Virus record (IMG/VR): IMGVR_UViG_3300002307_000018
Coordinates: 32,001-96,000 of that record
From: a virus
Taxonomy: Duplodnaviria; Caudoviricetes
Strand: one strand, 5' to 3'
DNA: 64,000 bases
Below, piece by piece: positions 45,191 to 55,913 of this stretch; position 1 is the stretch's first letter; each line of letters begins with the position of its first letter. The position numbers and the translations under genes are program-made. The notes under the pieces were generated by a model, which was given only the letters and a program-made list of their open reading frames with translations, was not told the DNA's origin and did not search any database.

Positions 45191-47917
45191 ATGGCAATTC
45201 GTAGGGATGATAATAAGTACACTCGCCTATCACTGGCGCAATATAATGGTCAAGCAAGAAATGGCGAAATCGTCATTGACTTGGATACATATACGGTCTG
45301 GGTGGGCGATGCTAGCGGTACCCTATTACCTGTTGGTGGCGGAAATATAGCTAACTCAACTATTGGAAATCTAATAGTAACCGGAACGTCAAATCTTGGT
45401 GATATAGCCAACATTACTATTCTTGGCGGAACACCCGGTTCAGTTATTAGCACAGATGGTGCAGGCAATCTAGTTTGGTCTCCTGCTATCCCAACTACAT
45501 ACGGTAATAGTAATGTAACAACACTACTAGCAAGTGGTAATATTGCAACAGACATTGTTACAACTGCCAATGCCAACGTAGGAAACTTTAATCTATCTGG
45601 CATAGCAAATCTAGGAGACGTAGGAAACGTATCTATTCTTGGTGGTAATAACGGACAGTTCTTACAAACTAATGGTAGTGGTAATCTAATTTGGGCCAAT
45701 GCTAGTGGTGGCTCAGCAAACACCGGCAACATTACGTTTGCCAACACTACACTATCGACCGCAGCAACGCTAAGTAACATTACGCTATCAACATACGATA
45801 CTGCTAACTCTATTACCAACAACTGGGTCTATGGTACTGATGGTAACTTAACTCTACCTGGTGGCGCAGGTGCTACTAGTGTTAGCATTAACTTTGCTGG
45901 TGTTGGATATACTACTGCGACCAACGTACCAACTAATGCGTTAACTGGTTCTGGTTCTGGAATGACAGTAGACATTATAGCCAGCCTTAGTGGTAACAAT
46001 CCTATTACTAGTGTTACTATTAACCAAGCTGGAACAGGCTATGCTCCCGGCGATAGCATTCAGGTTGCTCAACCAAGTAGTACTGGTAATGGCACACTTA
46101 TTGTCAATAGTGTAGGTTCAGTTATCGTACCAAGTATTAACTACGCTAACGGACAACCATATGGTGGCGGTAGTGCAAACGTTGTTTCGATTCCTGCGAT
46201 TTACTTTGCGGCACCAGCAACAGGCAACAATCAAACATTTACCAACGGCAACTTAGCACTGTACCCAGCGAACACTGACATCACACTGTTCTACAACGGT
46301 GCGCTGATCGAGAACACAGGCTATACATTAAGCGGTAGTACACTAACAGTCAACTTCCCAATCAACCTTGGCGACAGCATTGACATCATTCAGACTGCTG
46401 TTGGTAATGCCGCAAGCGTCTACTCTAATGTTACAGCAAATGCGTTCTTAGCAGCGGGTCAGGTCGGCAACGTTATTCCTAGTGGTAACGCCGTTTATTC
46501 ACTGGGTAACGCAACTAATCAGTGGAAAGATGTTTGGGTCAGTAACGCAACGATTTACTTTAACGGCGTAGCACTATCGGCCAATACTAACACACTGACA
46601 TTTGCCGGTGAACCACTGCTAATCAGCAACGGCGACTCCAACATTGCTACCACCGGTAGTCTAGATGTTGGTAACGTAACCGCTACTGGTAATATTACAG
46701 CAAACACTGGTTACTTCTTTATCGGTGATGGCGGATTGCTATCTAACATCAGCGGTGGTGGTAACAGCAACTATTCTAACGCAAACGTAGCCAACTACTT
46801 ACCAACATATACTGGTAACTTGGGTAACGTTGATACGCTTACAGCGGCTAATGCAATCTACTTAGGCGATACAGCGTTTGCCAACTCGGGCGGACAATAC
46901 TTCTACTCAAACTCATCAGGAACAGGATTTGGCTTTACTGCCGCTGGAGGTATTGGTGTCACAACATCGGGCCCTATCTCTATCGGTGGTACTGCTGGTG
47001 TCAACATCTTCGGTGTTGTTGGTTCAGGAATTTCTATCGGTGGTGGTACAGGCGGTCCCATTTCTCTACTAAGCAATGTCAACTCAAATAGTAATATCAC
47101 AGTTGCGTCGGGTGCTTTCTTTATCGGTGATGGTGGATTACTATCTAACATTAGCACCGGCACAGTTTACTCTAACTCTAACGTAGCGGCTTACATGCCT
47201 ACGTACACAGGTAACTTGGGCAACGTAACTAACATTACGGCATCAGGCACTATCACTGGCAACGGTGTTGGACTATCAAACATTGCTGGTGCAAACGTAA
47301 CTGGGCAAGTTGGTAACGCACTTGTATCAGGTACAGTGTACACAAACGCACAGCCTAACATTACATCAGTCGGACAACTTACATCATTGGGCGTCACGGG
47401 TAACGTCACGCTAGGCGTTGGCGGATTCTTTATCGGCGACGGCGGATTGCTATCTAATATCTCGGGTGGCGGTGGTGGCTATGGTAACGGTGACGTTGCG
47501 CTGTACATGCCGACATACACAGGTAACTTGGGCAACGTTGACTCAATCACTACAACAGGTAACATCACAGTAGGCACAGGCTCATTCATCATTGGTGATG
47601 GTACTTACATAACAAACGTGCCAGGAGCTGTTGCGGAAGCACCGTTCAGTATTCAGACTACATCGTTCTTGGCAGTAGCAGGCGCACGATATGGAGTCAA
47701 TACAACAAGTGCAGCAATCACTGCTACACTACCAGCCACTCCGGGAGTGGGTCAAGCAATCTTCTTTGCTGATGCCGGTGGAGCGTATGCTACTAACAAC
47801 TTAACAGTGTCGCCTAATGGTCTGACGATCATGGGTGACCCAAGCAACATGATAGTAAATACAAAAAATCAAAACTTCGGGTTGTTCTACAACGGAACAA
47901 CTTGGCGCACATACTAA
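45191..47917 (+). CDS. Tail fibre protein, 908 aa
   Basis: GEIVIDLDTYTVWVGD anchor; G/N/T-rich stalk repeats (FIGDGGLLSNIS; YxPTYTGNLGNV); C-terminal adaptor-like domain. Confidence 0.8.
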   Translation: MAIRRDDNKYTRLSLAQYNGQARNGEIVIDLDTYTVWVGDASGTLLPVGGGNIANSTIGNLIVTGTSNLGDIANITILGGTPGSVISTDGAGNLVWSPAIPTTYGNSNVTTLLASGNIATDIVTTANANVGNFNLSGIANLGDVGNVSILGGNNGQFLQTNGSGNLIWANASGGSANTGNITFANTTLSTAATLSNITLSTYDTANSITNNWVYGTDGNLTLPGGAGATSVSINFAGVGYTTATNVPTNALTGSGSGMTVDIIASLSGNNPITSVTINQAGTGYAPGDSIQVAQPSSTGNGTLIVNSVGSVIVPSINYANGQPYGGGSANVVSIPAIYFAAPATGNNQTFTNGNLALYPANTDITLFYNGALIENTGYTLSGSTLTVNFPINLGDSIDIIQTAVGNAASVYSNVTANAFLAAGQVGNVIPSGNAVYSLGNATNQWKDVWVSNATIYFNGVALSANTNTLTFAGEPLLISNGDSNIATTGSLDVGNVTATGNITANTGYFFIGDGGLLSNISGGGNSNYSNANVANYLPTYTGNLGNVDTLTAANAIYLGDTAFANSGGQYFYSNSSGTGFGFTAAGGIGVTTSGPISIGGTAGVNIFGVVGSGISIGGGTGGPISLLSNVNSNSNITVASGAFFIGDGGLLSNISTGTVYSNSNVAAYMPTYTGNLGNVTNITASGTITGNGVGLSNIAGANVTGQVGNALVSGTVYTNAQPNITSVGQLTSLGVTGNVTLGVGGFFIGDGGLLSNISGGGGGYGNGDVALYMPTYTGNLGNVDSITTTGNITVGTGSFIIGDGTYITNVPGAVAEAPFSIQTTSFLAVAGARYGVNTTSAAITATLPATPGVGQAIFFADAGGAYATNNLTVSPNGLTIMGDPSNMIVNTKNQNFGLFYNGTTWRTY

Positions 47918-47933
47918 TAACTAGGGAACATAG

Positions 47934-50900
47934 ATGTCAAACTTAAGCAACTACAATTTCGTCAGCGGTAACACAGCAACGTTTAGTGGAAACATAACTG
48001 CCAATAACTTTATTGGTAACGGATCGCAACTAACCGGTGTGCCAACCCTAGCAGACTTAGAAGCATTTTTACCAACGTACAACGGTAACCTAAACAATGT
48101 CAACACAGTAATAGCTATCACTCTTAAGGGTGAAGGCGGCAACATCGGAAACATTCAGGGTGCTAACGTCAGTGGTACGGTCGCTTCGGCAACAGTAGCA
48201 ACAAGTGCAAACTCAGTAGCAGGAGCAAACGTAACGGGCACAGTGGCATCGGCTACTGTCGCAGCAAGTGCTAATAGTGTAGCGGGTGCTAACGTAAGTG
48301 GCGCAGTCGCATTCGCAACTACTGCCAATGCAGTAGCAGGTGCTAATGTAAGCGGTCAAGTAGCCAACGCATTAGTCGCTGGTACTGTTTATACTAACGC
48401 ACAACCAAACATCACATCTGTTGGAACGCTAACCAATCTTTCAGTGACTGGCAACGTAATCGCCGGATATCTGTATGGCGATGGCTCAAACATCACAGGA
48501 CTACCAGCAGGATACTCTAACGCAGACGTAGCAAACTACTTGCCAACCTACACAGGTAACTTGGGCAACGTTGATATCGTAGACGCTAACACACTTAAGG
48601 GCGAAGGCGGTAATATTTCTAACATCGCTGGAGCAAACGTAACTGGTACTGTAGCATCAGCAACAGTGGCAGCAAGTGCAAACAGCGTAGCGGGAGCAAA
48701 CGTCAGTGGAGAAGTTGCATTCGCCGCAGTCGCTAATAGCGTAGCAGGTGCTAATGTCAGCGGAACCGTGGCAAGTGCTACAGTTGCGGCATCAGCAAAT
48801 ACCGTAGCCGGAGCCAACGTGACTGGCACAGTATCAAGCGCAACTGTGGCTGGAACAGCAAACTCAGTTGCAGGGGCTAACGTAACCGGAGCAGTCGCAT
48901 TCGCAACTACCGCTAATAGCGTAGCAGGTGCTAATGTAAGTGGTGAAGTTGCATTCGCAGCGACCGCAAATAGTGTTGCTGGTGCTAACGTCAGTGGTGA
49001 AGTCGCATTCGCAGCAACTGCAAACTCAGTAGCGGGAGCAAACGTAAGTGGACAAGTAGGCAACGCACTAGTAGCCGGTACAGTATACACAAACGCACAA
49101 CCAAACATTACATCGGTCGGTACACTTATCGATCTAACAGTAAACTCAGCCAACGCCATTGGTCTTGCTGGCAGCAACTCAACATCAATTGTAGTAGACG
49201 GTGCTAACAGTCAAGTATCGATCAATCAAAACGCTAACATCGACATTTACGGTAACATTACAACACCAAGCGACATTACAGCAGACGGTACTATCACCGG
49301 CGCTAATGTTATTGGTGACGTTATCGGTAATGCAGCATCAGTACTATTCGGCGATGGCGCTAACATTTCAGGTATTCCAGGTCAGACAGGAAATCTCGCA
49401 ATCGTAGGAACAACAATTGAACTATCACCTCTTGCATCAGAGGCTATCATTCAAATTTCTCCAAGTGGCAACACTGGACAAGCATATCTATTGATTCCTA
49501 GTGACGGAAACACAACTAACTACGACACTAGATTGGCTACAGACGGCAACATATCATTGAATGCGGGCGTATCAAGCATATTCTTGAACGCTAATGGTAA
49601 TGTTGCGGTCAATACTATACTTCTTGACACCAACGGAGACATTACCAATGTCTCAAATATCAGTGCGATAGGAAATATTGTTGCGCCGACTTTGGGTAAC
49701 TCATCAACAGTATTGTTCGGCGATGGCGCAAATATCACCGGACTTCCAGCAGGTTACTCTAACGCAGACGTATCGACATACTTAGCAAGTGGTACAGACA
49801 CGGCAGGTTTCACGACAGCCGGAGATATCGTAGCTAATAACATCATAGGTTCAAACGTTAGTTCTACAGGCGATGGTATCTATGTTGGCAACGTATCAGC
49901 AGCGTACTTAAACGGCAACGGTATCGGTATCACATACGTGGCGGCATCAAACGTCAATGGTTTTGTAGCAAACGCAGCGTATGCAAACGCAGCGACAGTG
50001 GCATCCAGTGCTAATACTGTAGCGGGTGCGAACGTCACAGGACAAGTAGCCAACGCAGCACTTGCTGATGTAGCAACATCGGCTGTAACAGCAATCACAG
50101 TTACCGCAAACGCACAACCTAACATTACATCAGTTGGCACACTAAGTTCACTGACAGTAACTGGCACAACTACAAGTGGCAATCTATCAACAGGCGGCGA
50201 CTTAACAGTTACTGGTAATAGTACTGTTGGTAACTTGACAACTGCCGGCACCATTCAAGGCGCAGATGTTATCTCTACTGGCAATATGCTAGTACAGGGT
50301 AACTTAGTAGTTAACGGTAACACAACACAGATTAACATCAACGAACTACAAGTAGAAGATCCAATACTTACAGTTGGTACCGGTCCAAACGGCGCACCAT
50401 TGACATCAAACGATGGTAAAGATCGTGGCACTGCTATGGAATACTATGATACTGCTAACTCATCAACAGCAACGGCGTTCATGGGTTGGATCAATACAAG
50501 CGGAAATATGCTTGTTGCCAGTAACGCATCTATCTCTAACAACAACGTAACAGTCAACGAGTTAGGTACATTACAAGCGGGTAACGCATTACTAACAGGC
50601 GCAACGGTAAGTGGTAATGTTAGTGCGGGTAACTTGTCAACAACAGCAATCAACGCATCGGGTGCCGCCAACCTGAACTCACTATCAGTTGTCACATCAG
50701 CGTCAATCTCAAATAACTTGACAGTCAATGGCAACATCAGCGGTACTAAAGACATGAACATTACTGGCAACATTTTTGTTGGCGGTAACATCAACTTGTC
50801 AGGCAATGTTACACAGATCACTGGTAATAGCGGTACATTCTACGGTGACCCAACAACAGGCTTCAACGCACTGTACGCTGGACGTATCGGCGCAACAGTT

Positions 50901-53900
50901 GTGCCTACATCAGTTATTCAGGCAAGTGCAGACGCTAACGACTACTCACAGATTAACTTTCAAAACATCAACGGTTCAGCGGCAGCATCGGCTGAGTATG
51001 TGATCACGGCTGACAACGGTACTGACACATCATACTACATTGATATGGGTATGGCGTCATCAACTTGGGACGGCACACAAACAAACTCATTGGGCACAGC
51101 AGTAGGCCCTAACGACGGCTACTTGTACGTACAAGACGGTAACTTAGTTACTGGTACTACAACTCCTGGCAAGACATTCAAGGTTAACGTGGGTGGCCCT
51201 AACGCTGCTAACTTAACAGCGACATTCAACCCACCAGGCACAGTGTCAACATCAAACACAAGTGGCGCACTGATTCTAATTGGCGGTCTAGGTGTTAGCG
51301 GCAACATCAACGCTCCATCATTAGACACAGCGACAGTAACGGCAAGCGGTAATATCGCTGGCGGTAACTTAACTACCACTGGTACTGTGTCTGGCGCTAA
51401 CATCGTTGGTAACGGTGCAGCACTTACATCATTGACTGGTGCTAACGTAACTGGCACAGTTGCTAGTGCAACCGTAGCAACTAGTGCGAACGCAGTAGCG
51501 GGCGCCAATGTAAGTGGTGAAGTCGCATTCGCAGCAACTGCAAACAGTGTAGCCGGAGCAAACGTATCGGGTACTGTAGCATCGGCAACGGTAGCGGCAT
51601 CAGCGAACAGTGTAGCCGGAGCAAACGTAACTGGCGCAGTTGCATTTGCAACAACAGCCAATAGTGTAGCAGGTGCTAACGTATCGGGTCAAGTCGCTAA
51701 CGCACTAGTAGCAAGCACTGTTTATACAAACGCACAGCCAAACATCACTAGTGTCGGTACACTAACATCAGTAACAGTAACAGGCAACGCAGCCGCTGGT
51801 AACTTAACAACCGCTGGTCAAGTCGTCGCAACTGGTAACATCACTGGTAACTTCTTCCTGGGTAACGGCTCACAACTAACTGGTGTAGCAGCACAGATAC
51901 TATCTAACGGCACATCAAACGTAAGTATCGCTACATCAAACGGTAACATCACTGAGTTCGTAAACGGCATTCAAACTGGTAAGTACTCAACAACATCACT
52001 TGCTATCGGTGCTAATGCCGGTCTAACATCACAGGGTGCTAACTCGGTAGCCTTTGGCGTTAACGCCGGTGCAAACACACAAGCCGCAAACTCTGTCGCT
52101 ATCGGTATCAACGCAGCCAACACACTACAGCAGGCAAACGCAGTTGCTATCGGTCTTAACGCATCATCAATTAACCAAGGTGCTAATGCTATCGCTATCG
52201 GCTCAAACGCTGCTTCAGGCTCACTAACAGCAACTGGTACTGGTAACATCACCACTGGTACAATGACTGTGTACGGCATTACCGGAACATTCACCTCAGG
52301 TATGCTATTAAGCGGTACTGGCGTAACATCAGGAACTATAATCTCTGGTGTAAGTTCTACGACATTAACATCAGCACAGATCACTGGAACAACATTGACC
52401 GTAGTTGGCAGCACTAGCGGATCATACCCAATCTCCGTGGGAGCCGTAATTACTGGAACTGGCGTTGCTGCTAATACGATTGTAACCGCCCGTCAACTGG
52501 CAACAATGCCTCTATCATCCATCTCTGGTACAACACTAACAGTTGGTACTGGAAGCAGTGGCGACCCAATCCAGGTAGGTATGTACATTACTAACGGTGG
52601 AGTAACTGCCGGCACATACATCGTGTCTAACATCTCTGGAACAGGCGATGGCTCAACTTGGGTAGTTAGCGTAAGTCAGACGTTATCATCAGTAACACTG
52701 ATTGGTACATTGTACACAGTGGATACAAGTCAGACGGTTGGTCCTGTTGCCATGGCAGCAAACTGGTATACAATCACTCCAAATCAGACAGTTACAACCA
52801 CGACTATCACTGGTCAAAGCGGTCAGGGTGCCAACGCTATCTCTATCGGACGCATCGCTGGCAACGTAGGACAAGGTTCAAGCGGTATCGCCATCGGTGA
52901 GCGCACAGCAAACTTAAATCAGGGCGCTAACGCAGTTGCGATTGGTGTTCTAGCGGGCGCAAACACACAAGGTATACAGGCTGTCGCTATCGGCACTAAC
53001 GCTGGCGGTAACACACAGGGTAACTACTCTGTCGCAATGGGCTACCAAGCCGGATTGACTACTCAGGCTTCACTAGCAGTCGCAATCGGCTCAAACGCAG
53101 CACAGACATCTCAGAGCGCATCGGCAATTGCTATTGGTCCAAATGCAGCCACGACATCTCAGGGTGCCTCGTCAATTGCTATTGGCTCAACCGCAGGCAA
53201 CAATACACAAGGGACAGCGTCTGTTGCTATCGGTTCCGGTGCAGGAACAACTACTCAAGGCAGCGCCGCCGTTGCTGTTGGACAGGCTGCAGGTGGCACT
53301 ACACAAGCAGTAAACACGGTCGCGGTGGGCGCATTCGCAGGTCAGACTAATCAAGGCGCACAAGCAGTTACAATTGGTTACGGTAGCGGCCGCTCGTATC
53401 AGGCTACAAACGCTATTGCTATGGGCTATAACACCGCAGTTAACTGGCAAGGTACCGGCGCAGTTGCTCTAGGTGCCCGAACAGCGCAAGATGCTCAGGG
53501 TGCTAACGCTATCGCTATCGGTTATCAGGCGGGACAGACGGGTAACGTAGCAAGCGGCAACGTATCTAACATTAGCGGCACAACACTAACGGTCGGCGGT
53601 ACTGTCACTGGTAACTACGTAGTAGGTATGGCAGTAACAGGCGGCACAGTTGCCGCTGGTACATACATCACTGCGCTAGGAACAGGTACAGGTGGCGCCG
53701 GCACATACACGGTTACGCCATCACAGACGGTCGCTAACGCTAACATTGCTGCCTATACGGCACAGGGTAATGCAGCAATCGCTATCGGTGCAAACGCTGG
53801 TTACAGCGGACAAGGTTCCAACGCAGTTGCGATTGGTTATCGTTCAGCAGAAACCACACAGGGCATCAACGCTGTTGCTATTGGTTATCAAGCAGGTCAA

Positions 53901-55913
53901 ATCACTCAGGGTAACTACACAACCGCAGTTGGTTTCAATGCGGGCTACTCAGGTCAAGGCACAAGTGCTACTGCCGTTGGTTGGGATGCTGGTCTTACAA
54001 ACCAAGGAGCAAGTGGTACCGCAGTAGGTCAAAACGCTGGTGCTACAAGTCAGGGTGTTGCCGCGGTTGCGGTAGGCCTTAACGCTGGTAATGCTAGTCA
54101 GGGAACACAGTCTGTTGCGATTGGTGTAAGTGCTGGTAAAACATCACAGAGTGCCAACGCAATTGCAATTGGTCAGTATGTTGCAGCAAATAATCAAGGT
54201 CTAAACGCTATTGCGATTGGTTACATTACCGCTAACAACCAGGGCGCAAACGCTATCGCTATCGGCGGTGTTGCTAACGCTCAAGCAGGTAACAGTATCG
54301 CTATCAACGCTACTGGTGCTAACATTACAGCGACTAACGCTGGCTTCTACGTTGCTCCTGTTCGTAACGATACGGGTAATACTACTAACGCTGTGTACTT
54401 CAACACATCGACTAACGAAGTTACCTACGGCCCAACAAGCGCCGGCACAAGTATCAGTAATGGTACATCAAACGTTAACATTGCAGCAAGTGGCGGCAAC
54501 GTTACAATGGGCGTGGCTGGTGTAGCAAACGCATTTAACTTGACTAGTTCGCAGATATCAATCGGTAACGGTTCAGGTGGCACAACACAGTCAGCACAAG
54601 CAATCGCAATCGGACAAGCATCTGGCTATACCAGTCAGGGCCAATCGGCAGTTGCCATTGGTTACGGTTCTGCTCAAATCAGTCAAGGACAAAACTCAGT
54701 TGCCATCGGTTCATTAGCCGCTGATAACACACAGGGTGCTAACGCAGTCGCTGTTGGTAAATCAGCCGGCGGTGCAGGACAAGGTATCAAAGGTGTTGCA
54801 ATCGGTTCATACGCAGGTGGTGGTCAGGGTGCTAACTCTGTTGCTATCGGAGCCAACGCTGGTGCTAGTGGTCAAGCGGCAAACACTATCATTATAAACG
54901 CTACAGGCGCTAACTTGAATGGTGTGGCAGCACAAGCAAATAGTTTCTACGTTGCTCCAATTCGTAACGACACTGGCAATACAACTAACGTTATATACTA
55001 CAACACTACGACCAAAGAAGTTACTTACGGACCAACATCAGCCGGTGCAAGCATCTCTAACGGAACAAGTAATGTACGTATTGCTACATCTGACGGTAAC
55101 ATATCATTCAATCTCAACGGATCTGCAGCGGGCTTTATTACATCAGAGTTCCCTCTCAAGAGTTCAGTTGCGCTTGGTGTAGGCGCCGGGACCACGGGAA
55201 ATGGTAGTATTGCTATTGGTTATACTGCTGGCTTAACTCAAAGCTTTGGTGCGATTGCGATGGGATCAGAAGCCGGGCGAGATAATCAGGGTGTTACCGC
55301 AATTGCAATCGGTACTCAAGCCGGATATTTAACACAAGGTCAACAAGGTATCGCTATCGGTGTTCTTGCTGGTAGTACTGGTCAAGGTAACAACGCCATT
55401 GCTCTTGGCGCCAACGCTGGCAAGACTAATCAATCAGCCAACAGTATTATTATAAATGCCACTGGGTCAGACCTTAACGGCGCTAATAGTGGATTGTATG
55501 TAGCGCCTGTTCGTAATGACACTGGTAACGTAACTAATGCCGTGTACTACAACACAACTACAAAAGAAGTTACTTACGGCCCAGGATCAACAACGTATCT
55601 GAGCAAGAACACGATCAGTGGTAACACAACAATGACTTTAGCACAAGCAGGTTCATTCTTGTACTCAACATCGACAACTGCACAAACACTAACTATCCCA
55701 ACCAACGCATCAGTAGCGTTCCCAGTAGGAACTACTGTTACTGTGGTGTTACAGGGTACTGGTAGCGTAGCACTGACACCGGCATCGGGTGTTTCACTTT
55801 ACATTGGCGGTAACAGTACAAGCGCAACACGTACAGTAAGTCCTTATGGTATTGCTACACTGTTACAAGTTGCGGCTGATACTTGGTTCATTAACGGTAC
55901 AGGAGTTTACTAA
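47934..55913 (+). CDS. Giant tail fibre/adhesin, 2659 aa, with 18/21-aa stalk repeats and YadA-like 14-aa repeats
   Basis: ANSVAGANV(S/T)G repeats; dozens of AIAIGxxAxxxxQG units; three FYVAP(V/I)RNDTGN-type modules; C-terminal PTNASVAFPVGT domain. Confidence 0.85.
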   Translation: MSNLSNYNFVSGNTATFSGNITANNFIGNGSQLTGVPTLADLEAFLPTYNGNLNNVNTVIAITLKGEGGNIGNIQGANVSGTVASATVATSANSVAGANVTGTVASATVAASANSVAGANVSGAVAFATTANAVAGANVSGQVANALVAGTVYTNAQPNITSVGTLTNLSVTGNVIAGYLYGDGSNITGLPAGYSNADVANYLPTYTGNLGNVDIVDANTLKGEGGNISNIAGANVTGTVASATVAASANSVAGANVSGEVAFAAVANSVAGANVSGTVASATVAASANTVAGANVTGTVSSATVAGTANSVAGANVTGAVAFATTANSVAGANVSGEVAFAATANSVAGANVSGEVAFAATANSVAGANVSGQVGNALVAGTVYTNAQPNITSVGTLIDLTVNSANAIGLAGSNSTSIVVDGANSQVSINQNANIDIYGNITTPSDITADGTITGANVIGDVIGNAASVLFGDGANISGIPGQTGNLAIVGTTIELSPLASEAIIQISPSGNTGQAYLLIPSDGNTTNYDTRLATDGNISLNAGVSSIFLNANGNVAVNTILLDTNGDITNVSNISAIGNIVAPTLGNSSTVLFGDGANITGLPAGYSNADVSTYLASGTDTAGFTTAGDIVANNIIGSNVSSTGDGIYVGNVSAAYLNGNGIGITYVAASNVNGFVANAAYANAATVASSANTVAGANVTGQVANAALADVATSAVTAITVTANAQPNITSVGTLSSLTVTGTTTSGNLSTGGDLTVTGNSTVGNLTTAGTIQGADVISTGNMLVQGNLVVNGNTTQININELQVEDPILTVGTGPNGAPLTSNDGKDRGTAMEYYDTANSSTATAFMGWINTSGNMLVASNASISNNNVTVNELGTLQAGNALLTGATVSGNVSAGNLSTTAINASGAANLNSLSVVTSASISNNLTVNGNISGTKDMNITGNIFVGGNINLSGNVTQITGNSGTFYGDPTTGFNALYAGRIGATVVPTSVIQASADANDYSQINFQNINGSAAASAEYVITADNGTDTSYYIDMGMASSTWDGTQTNSLGTAVGPNDGYLYVQDGNLVTGTTTPGKTFKVNVGGPNAANLTATFNPPGTVSTSNTSGALILIGGLGVSGNINAPSLDTATVTASGNIAGGNLTTTGTVSGANIVGNGAALTSLTGANVTGTVASATVATSANAVAGANVSGEVAFAATANSVAGANVSGTVASATVAASANSVAGANVTGAVAFATTANSVAGANVSGQVANALVASTVYTNAQPNITSVGTLTSVTVTGNAAAGNLTTAGQVVATGNITGNFFLGNGSQLTGVAAQILSNGTSNVSIATSNGNITEFVNGIQTGKYSTTSLAIGANAGLTSQGANSVAFGVNAGANTQAANSVAIGINAANTLQQANAVAIGLNASSINQGANAIAIGSNAASGSLTATGTGNITTGTMTVYGITGTFTSGMLLSGTGVTSGTIISGVSSTTLTSAQITGTTLTVVGSTSGSYPISVGAVITGTGVAANTIVTARQLATMPLSSISGTTLTVGTGSSGDPIQVGMYITNGGVTAGTYIVSNISGTGDGSTWVVSVSQTLSSVTLIGTLYTVDTSQTVGPVAMAANWYTITPNQTVTTTTITGQSGQGANAISIGRIAGNVGQGSSGIAIGERTANLNQGANAVAIGVLAGANTQGIQAVAIGTNAGGNTQGNYSVAMGYQAGLTTQASLAVAIGSNAAQTSQSASAIAIGPNAATTSQGASSIAIGSTAGNNTQGTASVAIGSGAGTTTQGSAAVAVGQAAGGTTQAVNTVAVGAFAGQTNQGAQAVTIGYGSGRSYQATNAIAMGYNTAVNWQGTGAVALGARTAQDAQGANAIAIGYQAGQTGNVASGNVSNISGTTLTVGGTVTGNYVVGMAVTGGTVAAGTYITALGTGTGGAGTYTVTPSQTVANANIAAYTAQGNAAIAIGANAGYSGQGSNAVAIGYRSAETTQGINAVAIGYQAGQITQGNYTTAVGFNAGYSGQGTSATAVGWDAGLTNQGASGTAVGQNAGATSQGVAAVAVGLNAGNASQGTQSVAIGVSAGKTSQSANAIAIGQYVAANNQGLNAIAIGYITANNQGANAIAIGGVANAQAGNSIAINATGANITATNAGFYVAPVRNDTGNTTNAVYFNTSTNEVTYGPTSAGTSISNGTSNVNIAASGGNVTMGVAGVANAFNLTSSQISIGNGSGGTTQSAQAIAIGQASGYTSQGQSAVAIGYGSAQISQGQNSVAIGSLAADNTQGANAVAVGKSAGGAGQGIKGVAIGSYAGGGQGANSVAIGANAGASGQAANTIIINATGANLNGVAAQANSFYVAPIRNDTGNTTNVIYYNTTTKEVTYGPTSAGASISNGTSNVRIATSDGNISFNLNGSAAGFITSEFPLKSSVALGVGAGTTGNGSIAIGYTAGLTQSFGAIAMGSEAGRDNQGVTAIAIGTQAGYLTQGQQGIAIGVLAGSTGQGNNAIALGANAGKTNQSANSIIINATGSDLNGANSGLYVAPVRNDTGNVTNAVYYNTTTKEVTYGPGSTTYLSKNTISGNTTMTLAQAGSFLYSTSTTAQTLTIPTNASVAFPVGTTVTVVLQGTGSVALTPASGVSLYIGGNSTSATRTVSPYGIATLLQVAADTWFINGTGVY
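48150..49090 (+). repeat. Coding tandem repeats (54/63-bp units) in the giant fibre gene; further block at about 51430-51740
   Basis: ANSVAGANVSGEVAFAAT (18 aa) and ANSVAGANVTGTVASATVAAS (21 aa) with synonymous variation. Confidence 0.85.

Noticed and set aside
48150-55500. CRISPR-like or satellite repeat array
   Set aside because: Units are in-frame multiples of 3 with synonymous variation inside one ORF; there are no unique spacers and no cas genes.
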